Source of the DNA: Octopus sinensis
Taxonomy: Eukaryota
DNA length: 64,000 nt
Assembly: GCF_006345805.1 (NCBI RefSeq)
Contig: NC_042997.1
Coordinates: 185,380,001 to 185,444,000, forward strand
Reading direction: 5' to 3'
The number at the start of each line of letters is the position of its first letter. Position 1 is the first letter of the stretch. The translations under genes were made by a program, and so were the position numbers. This document shows positions 40,738 through 53,520 of this stretch, one piece after another. The notes beneath the pieces are model-generated. The model worked only from the letters and a program-made list of their open reading frames with translations. It was not told the origin of the DNA and did no database searches.

Positions 40738-40964
40738 ACATCTTTGCTTCGTAGTAAGTTATCGTTTCAGAGATCTTTACTTCCTATTTCTAGCTGGTCA
40801 TATGACTGCAGGGAATCCATCTCATTAGCAAGTAAACGTTGTCACAATTTTTAGTGTTTTAATAAAATTGTAATATTTCAGACGTCTTTCCATCCTTGGA
40901 GATAAGAAATAGATCGGTATGCTTTCATCTGCATTACATTTCTTTCAGTTCAATCATATATCCG

Positions 40965-41573
40965 TTTCTACTTTAGGCACCAGGTCCGTAGTTTTGGGGT
41001 GGAGGTCAGTCGATTAGACCGACCCAAGTACGCAAGTGTACTTAATTTATCGACCCCGAAAGGATGAAAGGCAAAGTCAACTTCGGCGGAATTTGAACTC
41101 AGAACATAATGAAAGACGAAATATCGCGAAGCATTTCGCCCGGCGCGCTAACGTTTCTTACGTCTTTATTGCCCACAAGGGGCTAAACACAGAGGGGACA
41201 AACAAGGACAGACAAAGGGATTTAATCGATTATATCGACCCCAGTGCGTAACTTGTACTTATTTAATCGACCCTGAAAAGATGAAAGGCAAAGTCGACCT
41301 CGGCGGAATTTGAACTCAGAACGTAGCGGCAGACGATATACCTATTTCTTTACCACCTACAAGGGGCCAAACACAGAGGGGACAAACAAGGACAGACAAA
41401 CGGGTCAAGCCGATTACACCGACTCCAGTGCGTAAATGGTACTTATTTAATCGACCCCGAAAGGATGAAAGGCAAAGTCGACCTCCGCGGAATTTGAACT
41501 CAGAACGTAGCGGCAGATGAAATACTGTAAGCATTTCGCCCGGTGTGCTAACGATTCCGCCAGCTCGCCGCCT
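40965..41573 (-). mobile_element. SINE-B tandem trimer
   Basis: Three bodies, junctions near 41160 and 41342. Confidence 0.9.
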
Positions 41574-42539
41574 TTGTTTAATTATACATCGCCATGATAT
41601 ACGTTCTTTGTGGAAGTGTACCAGCACTAGACCCGATTCGAACTTGGAACATTATTATTAGACTAAGAGTAAGCACGATTTTTTTTTATCAAAAAGTCAA
41701 TGTCACATTAATCCACACTACATTATTCAGTGTATCTTTAAATTTTCCAAGACGTAGAATTTACTTTGACAAAGGTTTGTCTGTCTACTATTTCTACTAG
41801 ATTGAAGTGATACATTTGTTAAAGTCGATTTATTGGTTTACACGAAGCAATTTTATATATTTGAAAATATTGCGGATCTTTTCGGCTTGAACGGTAGTTT
41901 TTAACATAATTTCTAGGTAACTAAAAAATTTTAAACTTCGTATACTGGTAGAATGTGTTTGTAAAACATCTTTTTCTCTTAGCTTTATTGAAAAAAATTC
42001 TATAGTTTGTAAGATATTTGTTCTTTTCTTCAATTTCTGCAATTTCAACCAATCACTGATGTCCATCGAGGTAAACATTCTGTGCCGTATGAATATGTCC
42101 TTGGTTTAAGAAACAGATTGGGTTTATTTACATTTGTGAAGAAAAAAAGATACCCTTCCCCCTACCCCTGAAATAGATTGAAATGCAATAGATCGATACT
42201 AGGGTTATAATTATGGGTGACAATTTCATATGACACCACTAGAAAAAACTGCCGTTCAAACCGAAAAGATCCAATATTGCAATGGCATTAATGAACAGAT
42301 GCTGTTGTCTATCTCAGAATGTTTGCAGAATGAATAAAGAATATATTCCTCATAGTGTGTTGGATAGGGTGGGTGGGGTCTCTGTAATACAAGCTAACAC
42401 AACATACGAGCCAACCAGCGAGCGTCTATGTGGTGCTTCATCTGCTAGAAATTGCAGTAAATATCCCTTCAACCCAAATACTACCAGTTTGAAAAGAGAA
42501 ATTTCCAGAGACGCTCTGTAGTATTACTATAAGGATTGG

Positions 42540-42885
42540 GTCATTAATAATTCATATTGTACTAATAAAAAAACGATACACCAACCTAGAAGTATCACTA
42601 CTTGGAAGGAATCCACAACAATCCAAAGGTTGTTGATAAAATATTTTCAAAGCTATTTTGTTTATGAAATTCCGAGAATCATAGCGGAATCCAGCCGACA
42701 CAAACTTTACTGAAGCTAAACAAACGTGAGTGTATTTCGAATCTATAGTTATCCGTCTGTTTAGCAAGACCATGTCACGCGCTCGTTCAATGTTATCATA
42801 ATCATAGAACATTGTCGAGCGTCCAGCTCCTTGATGTGTGACACTTACACATGCTATTTTGACCTTTCCAACCCATTCGTGTATA
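42540..42885 (-). mobile_element. Internally deleted mariner remnant
   Basis: GAGRST..DNIERARDMVLLNRRITID (mariner N-terminal region) followed by a KVCAxWVP-like segment. Confidence 0.6.
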
Positions 42886-44325
42886 GTATGATTTGCTGTA
42901 TATAAATACAGTACTTATACAAAGATATATGGAATGCGAATCATATAAACAACACCATGGATATTTTAGAAGACAACCAAACACTCTGCTGTCTGAGATA
43001 CTGTACGCGATGGAATTTCAAAGAGAGAATCTTCAGCGAAAATCCAAGCAGCCGGGTGGTTTAAAAGAAAGTTGGTAATAGGAAGAAATAAGAAAATGGA
43101 AAACCAAGTCAGAGACTAGAAAATGAGATGTAGAGAAATTAATAATTAAACAGCGAAACGGGAGTTAGGGAGAAGACCAATACAGAGGGAGGATGTAAAG
43201 AATGTATATAAAAGTGTATACGAATTTCAAAAACTGTATAACAAGTTTATAAGTAAGACTCTAGAGAAGTCAAGAAACATGCGAGAGACAGGAAAATAGA
43301 AAAGAAAATATCATATTGATATTTAGCTACATTTTCAAACTACATTGCAACCAACATAAGTTGTTAGGTGGTGCATTGAACTGAGGGCGAGACCCCTATC
43401 AAAGCTGATAAGCTTTCCTACACATCTCTGTGTTTCTTCGGGAGTATGTAGTGGAAAGTTGGAATCAATTTGGTACCCGTTATGTTAACTGAATCAGTTA
43501 AGTAGCTTGTCTAGACACGCAGTAAAAAAACAAAATCTAGGTACTTCGGTTAGCAACAAACGTCTATATATTCGATTTTATTTTTATATGGACAGAAAAC
43601 ATAAAAACTGTTATATGTCCGAGTTAATAAGAGCATTGAACTATTAACCGAGCAGTCACAATTTATTAGCACTAGTGTCTGGGAGAGACATATAACTCAC
43701 CATGGCTGTAAATAGGTGTAAGTAGCCATTCAGGTTCACCTCTCACCCCAAATTTGGAGTATCTTAAAGTGGATAGATCTACTGTCAGGTTCCAAAAATG
43801 TACTGAAGTCGAACGATTTACCAGAATTTCTGCAATCTGGGGATGCTCATGAAGTTACTTTCGGTGCTACATGAGTTCTTTGTTTATCTTCTGAGTAAAA
43901 ATACCAATTTAACTGAAGTAATATTTTACTGGTATTAAATATAATGTATTACAGATATTCTTTATATTTTAGTGATACTAAAACGACGAAGTACCGTCTT
44001 CATCCAGTCAAGAATAGTTTATCATCTTACAATTGCAGCTGCCACGAAAGTATTATATAATTATAAAATATATTACATCTTTACATTACTGTTATAATGT
44101 AGATTCTCGTCCACTTGTATGTTATTGTCGGCACTGTAATATTCTTGTCACCACTATTATGTTGTGGCGGTATTCCACGTCTTATCTTTGACTGGTCTGT
44201 CGTGCTATCGCAATAGAATGACTTTGAAATGTCAACCTTAACGGTAACTCGAACTCTTATATATCACGTAACTGACACTAACTCCAACTGAGAAATCGTT
44301 CAACGACTCCGCTACTACCGACCTG

Positions 44326-46080
44326 TTTCTTTATCATAGCCATAAGTGCTCAACATAGAGGTGGACAAACAAGAACAGACAGGACAACACAGAGAACTAT
44401 TATGAATGAAATGGTTATATAACAATGAAATTATGAATGACTGCATGCGCCCCTTATCACATGCAGTACCATTAATCTTGTTTACAATAAATTATTATCG
44501 GATTTTTAACTAACAAATAACTAACATTTAACATTCTATTGCAAGTCACTAATCTGTGTATTATCCGGTGGGCCACATCGGATTAGCGACGCATTGTCTT
44601 TCCAATAAAACAGTCTTATTACTCGCCATCCACTGACTGAGGGCCATCTGAAGGACAGTCCCTTATTAGCGGTATCACGTCATCTCAGTCTATCACCGGA
44701 TCCACCCTTTCGAACTCGACCTCAAACTGCACCACTTTCATGTCGCACCCTCCTTTCAACTCCTCATAGCAATTCGGCTCTATTATTACTGCTCTTATCT
44801 TATCCTTGCCAAAATCCTTAGGCAATTTTACCCGTATTACCGACCTCATTTTCAGGATCTCCGCTTCCGTATGTATACTCTTCTGGTACTCTACATTATA
44901 ACGTCTCTTTCTCTTCCAATTCTCAGCCCCCCCCCCTTCATTCCTTTGTTATTCAACCCTCTTGAACCTCACCTCGGGAAAAGAAGCTTCCTCTTCTTTT
45001 CTTCTTGTCACCATTTCTTCTCCGTTACCTCCCATCGCCTCCTTTTCCTTTCCAATCTCTCCGGTGGAGAACCCCTCCTACCCTTTCCTTTCTTCGGCTT
45101 CACCTTCACGAACTCCTCTGTATCCACTGTTTCAATCCTCTCTCCACGCTCCACCACGTCTGCCTCTCTCTCAGCGCCAAACCTTCCCTTTCTTTGCTTT
45201 GAGGGCAATCCGCATTTTGTGTCCTATTTCGCTACACAGAAAACATTTCAAAGGCCTGCCCTCAACCGCCACACTCAGCTTGGTTCCTTTGGGCAGTACC
45301 ACTTCTTCAATTATGGAACTCCGATCCTCCAGAGTGGCTTGAATTTTCATTTCTAGTCTGCACCCCCAGATGTCTAACTTTTGAATTCTTGTTGCCTTTA
45401 ATATTTTTGGGCTCCGCCTCATGTGGAACATGACCGCCGACATAATCCACGTCTCATCGTATTCAGGTGGGATTTTACTCACCCTTACTCTCACCATTCT
45501 TTTCCCGCAGCAAATCTGTAGGAAAGCCCACTCGTCACTCCTAATCGCGTCCACTGCATGCCCCGCCGCTACCTTTTCAGACTTGAATCCGACTTCAACC
45601 ACTCCGAACTTCCGACTTCTTGTGACAAAAGTCGTCAGGTGCTTAATGACTTCCAGTGTCCTTTCTATACTCTCAATCGTTGCGGTTTCGATCCTTCCTG
45701 TGGACAATCTTATAAAGAACCGTTCCTCTTTGTAAGCCTTCCAAAAATTCCCCTGGCCGTGCCGGTGAGAGTGCTGCTCCTTGTTTCGTTAACAGCCCTC
45801 CATATTCCTTTATTTTATCTGCTTCCACCCCCACGTCCATCACTATTAACGAGGCAACATTGTTACTACCTGCTGCTGCATAGCCTTGGCTCGAGGTATT
45901 CCAATTCTCCATTATACCAATGAATCAAAAACAACAGAAATATATTAACAACAGGCACACCCACGCAGGAAAAACCTTCAACAGTCAATTAACAATCAAT
46001 CAACAATGCAGCTCACAAAAATTAACCCCAACACTCTCTGACGACTACCGATCCTCCTACAACGACTGACTGTCTGACTT
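44326..46080 (-). mobile_element. Tx1/L1-like non-autonomous element encoding only ORF1 (HAL1-like)
   Basis: 5' UTR, ORF1 with RRM-like region and VEGRPLKCFLCSEIGH knuckle, basic linker and C-terminal domain to about 44640, then a 3' UTR ending GATAAAGAAA. No endonuclease or RT sequence. Confidence 0.75.
44640..45912 (-). pseudogene. Tx1-type ORF1 (gag-like, CCHC knuckle), frameshifted
   Basis: ORF-track pieces 45673-45912, 45171-45707 and 45008-45208, plus TEAEILKMRSVIRVKLPKDF... downstream. Confidence 0.75.
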
Positions 46081-46555
46081 TATAGTCACGTGAGAAGGGG
46101 AGTTCCATTTTTCATTACAACATCCCTTTTAGTTCTTTCTTTTTTCTTTTGGGAAAGCAAGTAATTTGATTTACTTTGTTCACCCCGCCTCCCTTTTTGA
46201 GTTTTTTTTCTCTTTTTCACATAAACTGTGGGAGCCGCCCACTTGGTTGGCCTTAACCACTTGAGCATGCGTCTCTGATCATGAGCTTGAGTAGGTGGGG
46301 AGCATCATAGCCATGTGTGGAGAGGAATTCTTTGGTGTTTGAATAAATATAAGAAAAGCAAATTTTGAAGGAAATATTAACCATTTTTCATAGTTTCTAG
46401 GGATATTAAAGTAGGAAATAAAAGTTACTACCTAAGGACAAAGATCGTGTTACACTCTGTTATTAGCGATCTGGTATAAAGCAATAAATTGAAGAACCAA
46501 GAAAAGCAGTTCTGCAATTTATAACTGAACAACCGGTACAGATGACTTGTTTATA

Positions 46556-47130
46556 GGCGCAGGTGTGGCTGTATGGTGAGTAGCTTGCTTATCAACCACA
46601 TGGTACCGGGTGCAGTTCCACAGCGTGGCACCTTGGGCAAGTAACTTCTACTATAGCCTCGGGCCGACCAAAGGCTTGTGAGTGGATTTGGTAGACGGAA
46701 ACTGAAAGAAGCCTTCAAAGAATACCAGATAAGCCACCCATAATTGGATACAACTCATCCAACAAGAACTCACTACTTGAACAAAACTTGACTTAAACAG
46801 GATTCGAATAATCCTATCAGGTGGTGCTATTAAGTTAGACATGGCCTGGACCAATCTCTGGTCGAAACATATCTAAGTTTATCTAAGTCTAAGTTTATAT
46901 ATGTATATATATATACATATATGTGTGTGTGCTTTGTGTTTATCCTCGCTACATCACTTGACAACCGATGCTGGTGTGTTTACGTCCCCGTAACTTAGCG
47001 GTTCAGCAAAAAAGACCGATAGAATAAGTACTAGGCTTACAAAGAATAAGTGCTTGGGCCGATTTGATTCGACTAAAGGCGGTGCTCCAGCATGGCCGTA
47101 GTCAAATGCCTGAAACAAGTAAAAAAAAAA
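46556..47130 (+). mobile_element. SINE family A interrupted by a PLE-derived fragment (46716-46890)
   Basis: Head 46556-46715, insert, (TA)n, then 3' half. The insert has KPPIIGY.. and GACC/GGTC-GAAA-CATATC-TA. Confidence 0.85.
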
Positions 47131-47189
47131 GTTCGTGCTGCACATTGGCTCACTGCCTTTATCAAAGCAACATTAGCTGTAGAGGAGTA

Positions 47190-47335
47190 CGTTGAGCAAC
47201 GTGTTTGATGCCCAAGCCATCGCTGAGCAACATGAAAGGAAGTGTTTCGCTCAAGAAGACAGCGCACCACTCCGTCCGGGAATGAAACCCATAATCTCGC
47301 GCTCATGAATGCAACATCCGTAGAGTTATGCACAC
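47190..47335 (-). mobile_element. SINE family D, 5' part
   Basis: tRNA-like head GGGTTTCATTCCCGG followed by TCTTGAGCGAAACACTT..CATGTTGCTC. Confidence 0.6.
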
Positions 47336-47368
47336 TCTGAGACACATATAAGATATACAAGACACATA

Positions 47369-47783
47369 GGGCGGCGAGCTGGCAGAATCGTTAGCACGTC
47401 GGGCGAAATGCCTAGCGGTATTTCGGCTGCCGTTGCGTTCTGAGTTCAAATCCCGCCGAGATCGACTTTGCCTTTTATCCTTTCGGGGTCGATAAATTAA
47501 GTATCAGTTACACACTGGGGTCGATTTAATCGACTTAATCCGTTTGTCTGTACTTGTTTGTCTCCTTTGTGTTTAGCCCTTGTGGGTAGTAAAGAAATAG
47601 GTATTTCGTCTGCCGTTACGTTCTGAGTTCAAATTCCGCCGAGGTCGACTTTGCCTTTCATCCTTTCGGGGTCGATAAATTAAGTACCAGTTACACACTG
47701 GGGTCGATGTAACCGACTTAATCTGCTTGTCTGTCCTTGTTTGTTTCCTCTGTGTTCAGCCCCTTGTGGGCAATAAAGAAATA
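47369..47783 (+). mobile_element. SINE-B dimer with 21-bp target-site duplication
   Basis: ATATAAGATATACAAGACACA at 47346-47366 and 47785-47805. Confidence 0.93.
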
Positions 47784-47908
47784 TATATAAGATATACAAG
47801 ACACAATCTTACTCGCACAATCACAAGCACAATGCATACAGGAACGCACACGTACACATATTTACTTATTCCATAACTCAATAAAACTCGGAAACCATAT
47901 GCGCTTGG

Positions 47909-47948
<40 letters not shown>

Positions 47949-48631
47949 CCTCCAACACGCCTGAATATATATCTTAATAACAAAACACTCATATAAATTC
48001 GCATGTTCATACAGAGTCATACAACGAGTTTAGACGATGGTATGTATTTCTAACTTGGAGCTAATCGTTCCCACAGGCTTTGAGCCAATCTAGTCTGTCG
48101 CCTGCCAGCCTACATATATTCTTCATAAACCAGGAGCGCTTTCTGACAGACTTATTAAGGTGTCATACAGACCTAACTAATGGCTGCCATCGCAAATTAA
48201 ATTTAAGGCCGCCACAACAGGAAAGAAGAAACTAAAAACATGAAGAACTGACAACATCAACAACGACGACAACGATGACAAGAATAACAATTGTCAGAGT
48301 AGCAATAATAGCAGCAGCAACAACAACAGCAGCAGCGGCAGCAGTAACGGCAGCAGATGCAGCATCGACATCAGTCACAGCAGTATCAAGGGTAATAAGA
48401 GAAAATTGTAGAATCCCATTAAAATACCTAAAATACGTTGCACTGTAAAGAAGTAGTGTTCAGTAATATGATCGTTTCGCCTCTCTCTCTCTCTTTCTCT
48501 TTCTCTGTCTCTCCTTCACCCTCTTCCTTTCTTTACTTACGCATAGACGTTCCTACCTACTTAAAGATATACACACACTGACACACGAACACAAATATCT
48601 GTATATAAATATGTGTATGTATATATATCTA

Positions 48632-48668
<37 letters not shown>

Positions 48669-48744
48669 CTATCTATCTATCTATCTATCTATCTATGTAA
48701 ATGTATGTATGTATCAATCTATCTCTCTCTTTCTCTATCTGTCT

Positions 48745-48972
48745 TATTTCTTTATTGCCAACAAGGGGCTAAACATAGAAGGGGAAAACAAGCACAGACA
48801 AACGGATTAAGTCGATTATATCGACCCCAGTGCGTAACTGGTACTTATTTAATCGACCCAGAAACGATGAAAGGCAAAGTCGACCTCGGCGGAATTTAAA
48901 CTCAGAACGTAGCGGCAGACTAAATACCGCTAAGCATTTCGCTTGGAGTGCTAACGTTTCTGCCAGCTCGCT
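48745..48972 (-). mobile_element. SINE-B monomer with Tx1-type tail
   Basis: Reverse complement of family B. Confidence 0.92.
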
Positions 48973-49016
48973 GCGTTCTCTGTCTGCCTGCCTGTCTGCC
49001 TGCCTGCCTGCCTGCC

Positions 49017-49050
<34 letters not shown>

Positions 49051-49090
49051 GATTGATATATTGATGCATAAATAGAGAGATACGTATGCA

Positions 49091-49121
<31 letters not shown>

Positions 49122-49206
49122 TTAGAGACAAAACCACTATTTTGCAAAACAAACAAGGAAAGACTTAATCAATACATAAAATTTTAATAAAAAGTCAAAA
49201 AAACCG

Positions 49207-49249
49207 CCACTACAAATGTTTCTTGTCCTGATCGACAATCTTCAGGTGG
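49207..49249 (-). ncRNA. Minimal type I hammerhead ribozyme (inverted copy)
   Basis: CCAC-CUGAAGA-UUGUC/GACAA-GAAA-CAUUUG-UA/GUGG. One change breaks the stem III palindrome. Confidence 0.85.
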
Positions 49250-49314
49250 ACTTCCAATTTTCAAGTCAGTTTCATTATAATTTGAAATTTGAAACTGACT
49301 TGAAAATTGGAAGT

Positions 49315-49357
49315 CCACCTGAAGATTGTCGATCAGGACAAGAAACAATTGTAGTGG
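49315..49357 (+). ncRNA. Minimal type I hammerhead ribozyme
   Basis: Stem I CCAC/GUGG, CUGAAGA 49319-49325, stem II UUGUC-GAUCAG-GACAA, GAAA, palindrome ACAAUUGU, cut after GUA at 49353. Confidence 0.92.
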
Positions 49358-50180
49358 CGGTTTTTTTGACTTTTTATTAAAATTTTATGTATTGATTAAG
49401 TCTTTCCTTGTTTGTTTTGCAAAATAGTGGTTTTGTCTCTAATAATATTATATAATATTTTACTATAAAATTGGATTTAATCCTAAATCTGATTTTTTCC
49501 CTGTAAATTTGGATTTATTCCCTAATATTTATTATATATATATATATATACAGGTATGAGAGTATGTGATATAGAGAAATCGATGTCTTTTGTATATTTA
49601 CGTAAGCATTCAGACGAGTTTAGATGAATCACTTCTAATGATATCCTCTTTGAATAACATTAGTCGCCTCACACATACAAGTAGAAAGCACATAAACATA
49701 TACACGTGGGGATCCAAATATCAACATACGATCGATCCGAAGTTGACACTATCAGATAAGCCATTTACGCACGCATAAATTCATCCGTACATGCCTGCAG
49801 ACTGGTGCATCCGACAAGTAGAAAAACAAGGGACCTAACAGCGGAAGAGTTAAAAGGGAAATGAGAAAAGGTGGGAAGCAGAAACAGAATGAGAAAGCGG
49901 ATGTAAAACTGAGGAGGAGTGTACACTTACATACTAATTATCTTTGAGATTTGGCAGCAGAAATGTCTAATTTTCTTCAGCCTGATTTTTCCCGACCATC
50001 CGAATTTTCTGTGTATCATGTTTTTCTTTCCTCCTCGCTCTTGTATAACTCACGTACTCTCTATAGATCTCTTCTTTCTTTCTCACTCTGTGTGTGTGTG
50101 TGTGTCTGTGTGTAGAAAGATGTTGCGAAGGATGGTCGTATCTATACGTGATATAATTCGGATTGCATTTTAAGGAATTA

Positions 50181-50707
50181 TTGGGTTGTCTGGAAAGTTA
50201 TAGTAGCTTACCTTTCGACTTATTTTAGAACATTGTTGAGTCCATAAAATAGGATTTGACTACACTTCCATTTAGAGCATAGTTTAAGCTATTTTTTGGT
50301 GGAAGAAGGTTTATGTTCCTATAAACTGTGTTCTGTAACCCTTTAAAATGGAAGTTCATTTTCAGCACTTGATGCTTTGGGAACCAGACAAAAATTGCTG
50401 CAGCTTGGCTGGAATGTGTTACCCCACCCTCCATATTCACCAGATTTCCACTTATTCAGGTCTCTGCAGAATAGTCGCAATGGTAAAAATTTCAATTCTT
50501 TGGATGACGTAAAAAGATACCTTGATGAATTCTTTGCTATGAAACCACCTCAATTCTGGGAAGAGGGTATTTTTAAGTTAAAGGAAAGATGGAGACGCAT
50601 TGTGCAACAAAATGGTTCATATTTGGTTGATTAAAAATATAATGGCAAGTATTTATTGACCTCTTTCTTTCCTTTAAAAATCTGTACGAACTTTCCGGAC
50701 AAACCAA
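50181..50707 (+). mobile_element. Internally deleted mariner with TIRs and TA TSD
   Basis: TA|TTGGGTTGTCTGGAAAGTT ... AACTTTCCGGACAAACCAA|TA. Encodes LGWNVLPHPPYSPD[LAPSD missing]FHLFRSLQN..ERWRRIVQQNGSY. Confidence 0.92.
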
Positions 50708-51214
50708 TATTTTGACCAGATACTTTATCAGTGGCAAAATTGTACAGAAATGCTTTTATTTTGTTCTTTGTCCTTTCAACGAACATTCACCCTTGATTTA
50801 ATTTTTTATTCGTCCAATATATGATGAAAATCGATTACGTGCGATATGAGATATTGATATTTATTCTTTCTCCATTCTTTCTCCAGCAATGCAAATTCAC
50901 TTGTATTTTAATGCTTATCCTATTGTTGCAATGGTTACAATTATAATTCTTAATTTAGTTATTATACTTGTAAACGCTACATCAGTAGAATAGAAAAGTC
51001 TTCTTTATCTTGCATTTATTTATATCAGTCTTTTACATTCTCATACTCATAGAAATAAAACGTTCAAGATGAAAGCAATATTATTAATAATTTCAGATGT
51101 TTAATATTGGGTGAATCAAGTGCAGAGTATCTGATTCAGTACGAGCTGCCACGTGCTGAATAATAATCAATAAAGGAAAAGTTTACGATGATGATTAGGA
51201 TGATGATGATGATT

Positions 51215-51786
51215 TCAAATTTTGGTACAGGGCCAGCAATTTTGAGGAGAGCGGGAGAGTCGATTATATCGGCCCCAGTACTGAACTGGTGCTTATTTTA
51301 TCGAGCCCGAAATTATGAAGGGCAAGGTCGAAATCGGCGGAATTGGAACTCAGAACGTGAAGACGGATGAAATACCGCTAATAATAATATCTACTCTAGG
51401 CACAAGGCCTTAAAATAATTTGGGAGAAGGGGGCTAGTCGATTACATCGATCCCAGTGCGTAACTGGTACTTAATTTATCGAACCCGAAAGGATGAAAGG
51501 CAAAGTCGACTTCGGCAGATTTTGAACTCAGAACATAGCGTCAGACGAAATACCTATTTCTTTACTACCCAAAAGGGGCTAAACAAAGAAGGGACAAACA
51601 AGAACTGGCAAATGGATTAAGTCGATTATATCTACCCCAGTGCGTAACTGGTACTTATTTAATCGACCCCGAAAGGATGAAAGACAAAGTCGACCTCGGC
51701 GGAATTTGAACTCAGAATGTAGCGGCCGACGAAATACTGCTGAGCATTTCGCCCGGCGTGCTAACGTTTCTGACAGCTCGCCGCCT
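51215..51786 (-). mobile_element. SINE-B array (three bodies)
   Basis: Dimer junction at 51554/51555. Confidence 0.88.
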
Positions 51787-51902
51787 TGATGCCGCTGATA
51801 ATAATGAAAATAGAATGATAGTGATGCTAATAATGATAATTTTTAATAATAATGATAATCATAATAATTATTATTATTATTTGATAATGATAAAGGTGTT
51901 AT

Positions 51903-52288
51903 TGGAAGCACTCCGTCGGTTACGACGACGAGGGTTCCGGTTGATCCGAATCAAAGGAACAGCCTGCTCGTGAAATTAACGTGTAAGTGGCTGAGCACTC
52001 CACAGACACGTGTACCCTTAACGTAGTTCTCGGGGATATTCAGTGTGACACAGAGAGTGACAAGGCCGGCCCTTTGAAATACAGGTACAACAGAAACAGG
52101 AAGTAAGAGTGAGAGAAAGTTGTGGTGAAAGAGTACAGCAGGGATCACCACTATCCCTGCCGGAGTCTCGTGGAGCTTTTTAGGTGTTTTCGCTCAATAA
52201 GCACTCACAACGCCCGGTCTGGGAATCAAAACCGCGATCCTACGACCGCGAGTCCGCTGCCCTAACCACTGGGCCATTGCGCCTCCAC
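51903..52288 (-). mobile_element. tRNA-derived SINE family C, full length
   Basis: Head GGAGGCGCAATGGCCCAGTGGTTAGGG..GGTTTTGATTCCC, tail CCCTCGTCGTCGTAACCGACGGAGTGC. Confidence 0.85.
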
Positions 52289-52675
52289 AAAGGTGTTAAT
52301 GACCACACACACACATATACATACACATACATGTGTGTGAGTGTATGTGAAGTAGAAGTATGTATTCGATGTACAACGGTGAACGTTCTTTCTAACACTT
52401 CAATTTCTTCTATGAGAGTGGATGAATTTAAAAGAGGTGAAGAAAAATCTGACTGTTCAATTTCAGACCTACCAACAGAAAAACAGCAACTTTTTCTATT
52501 CCTTGCGGCAGCCGTATTTAGTAATAAGCAACATTCCAGGTTGTAGTGCTAGTGTTGGCCCTCAATGTTATATCCAAGGATTCTAAACTTCTAAAATACA
52601 TAGAAGGCATCATAGCCCAATACCCATGGTTTATATATACACCGATAGTGTTCTTAGTAGGACGTTACGTAGGCG

Positions 52676-52719
<44 letters not shown>

Positions 52720-52723
<4 letters not shown>

Positions 52724-52886
52724 GTCGATTATATCTACCCCAGTGCGTAACTGGTACTTATTTAATCGACGCCGAAGGGATGAAAGGCAAAGTCGACCTC
52801 GGCGGAATTTGAACTCAGAATGTAGCGGCCGACGAAATACTGCTGAGCATTTCGCCCGGCGTGCTAACGTTTCTGCCAGCTCGCCG
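52720..52886 (-). mobile_element. SINE-B copy duplicated from 51617-51806
   Basis: Shares private variants and the 5' flank. Confidence 0.88.
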
Positions 52887-53483
52887 CTTTGATGCCGCTG
52901 ATAATAATGTGTGTGTGTGTGTGTGTGCATGTATATATGTATGTGTGTGGATACGTATATGGATAGATAGAAATACAGATAGATTGGTACAAAGGTAATA
53001 TAAAGGTAATTTATATAAGCAGACACACACACACACATGCATACACATATACATACACGCACATACATACATACATACATACATACATACATACATACAT
53101 AGGTGTATGCGCAGGCACCCTGACACACACGCATGCATACGAAAAGAAAAGGGCGTACTTCCAATGACGGACACAATCAACAACTATTGAAAAGGCTGCA
53201 AGTCGCAACAAAATTGTAGTAAAAAATAATAATTTAGTGGAAATCAGACCCGTCAGTCTATTAAATTAATAGGGCACTAAAAGAGAATGACTCTCTCCAG
53301 AAACAATAAAATATGTTTCAACACACGAATTCACGTAAATAATCTTAAAAGAGAAAACGAAATAATCTTCAACAATTGTATTTCTAGTTCTCGTATTTGT
53401 TAACTATTCTCTTTTCTATTTTTTCCCCTTCTGATGTTTTCTTTCTTTTTTTCTTTCTTTCAACATTTTTTTCACCACCCTCA

Positions 53484-53512
<29 letters not shown>

Positions 53513-53520
<8 letters not shown>

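Larger units (their letters stand above)
49111..49530. mobile_element. PLE pLTR fold-back (164-bp arms, 15-bp spacer) inserted in (TA)n
   Basis: 49111-49274 is the reverse complement of 49290-49453 at 163/164 positions. The right arm continues to about 49530. Confidence 0.92.
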
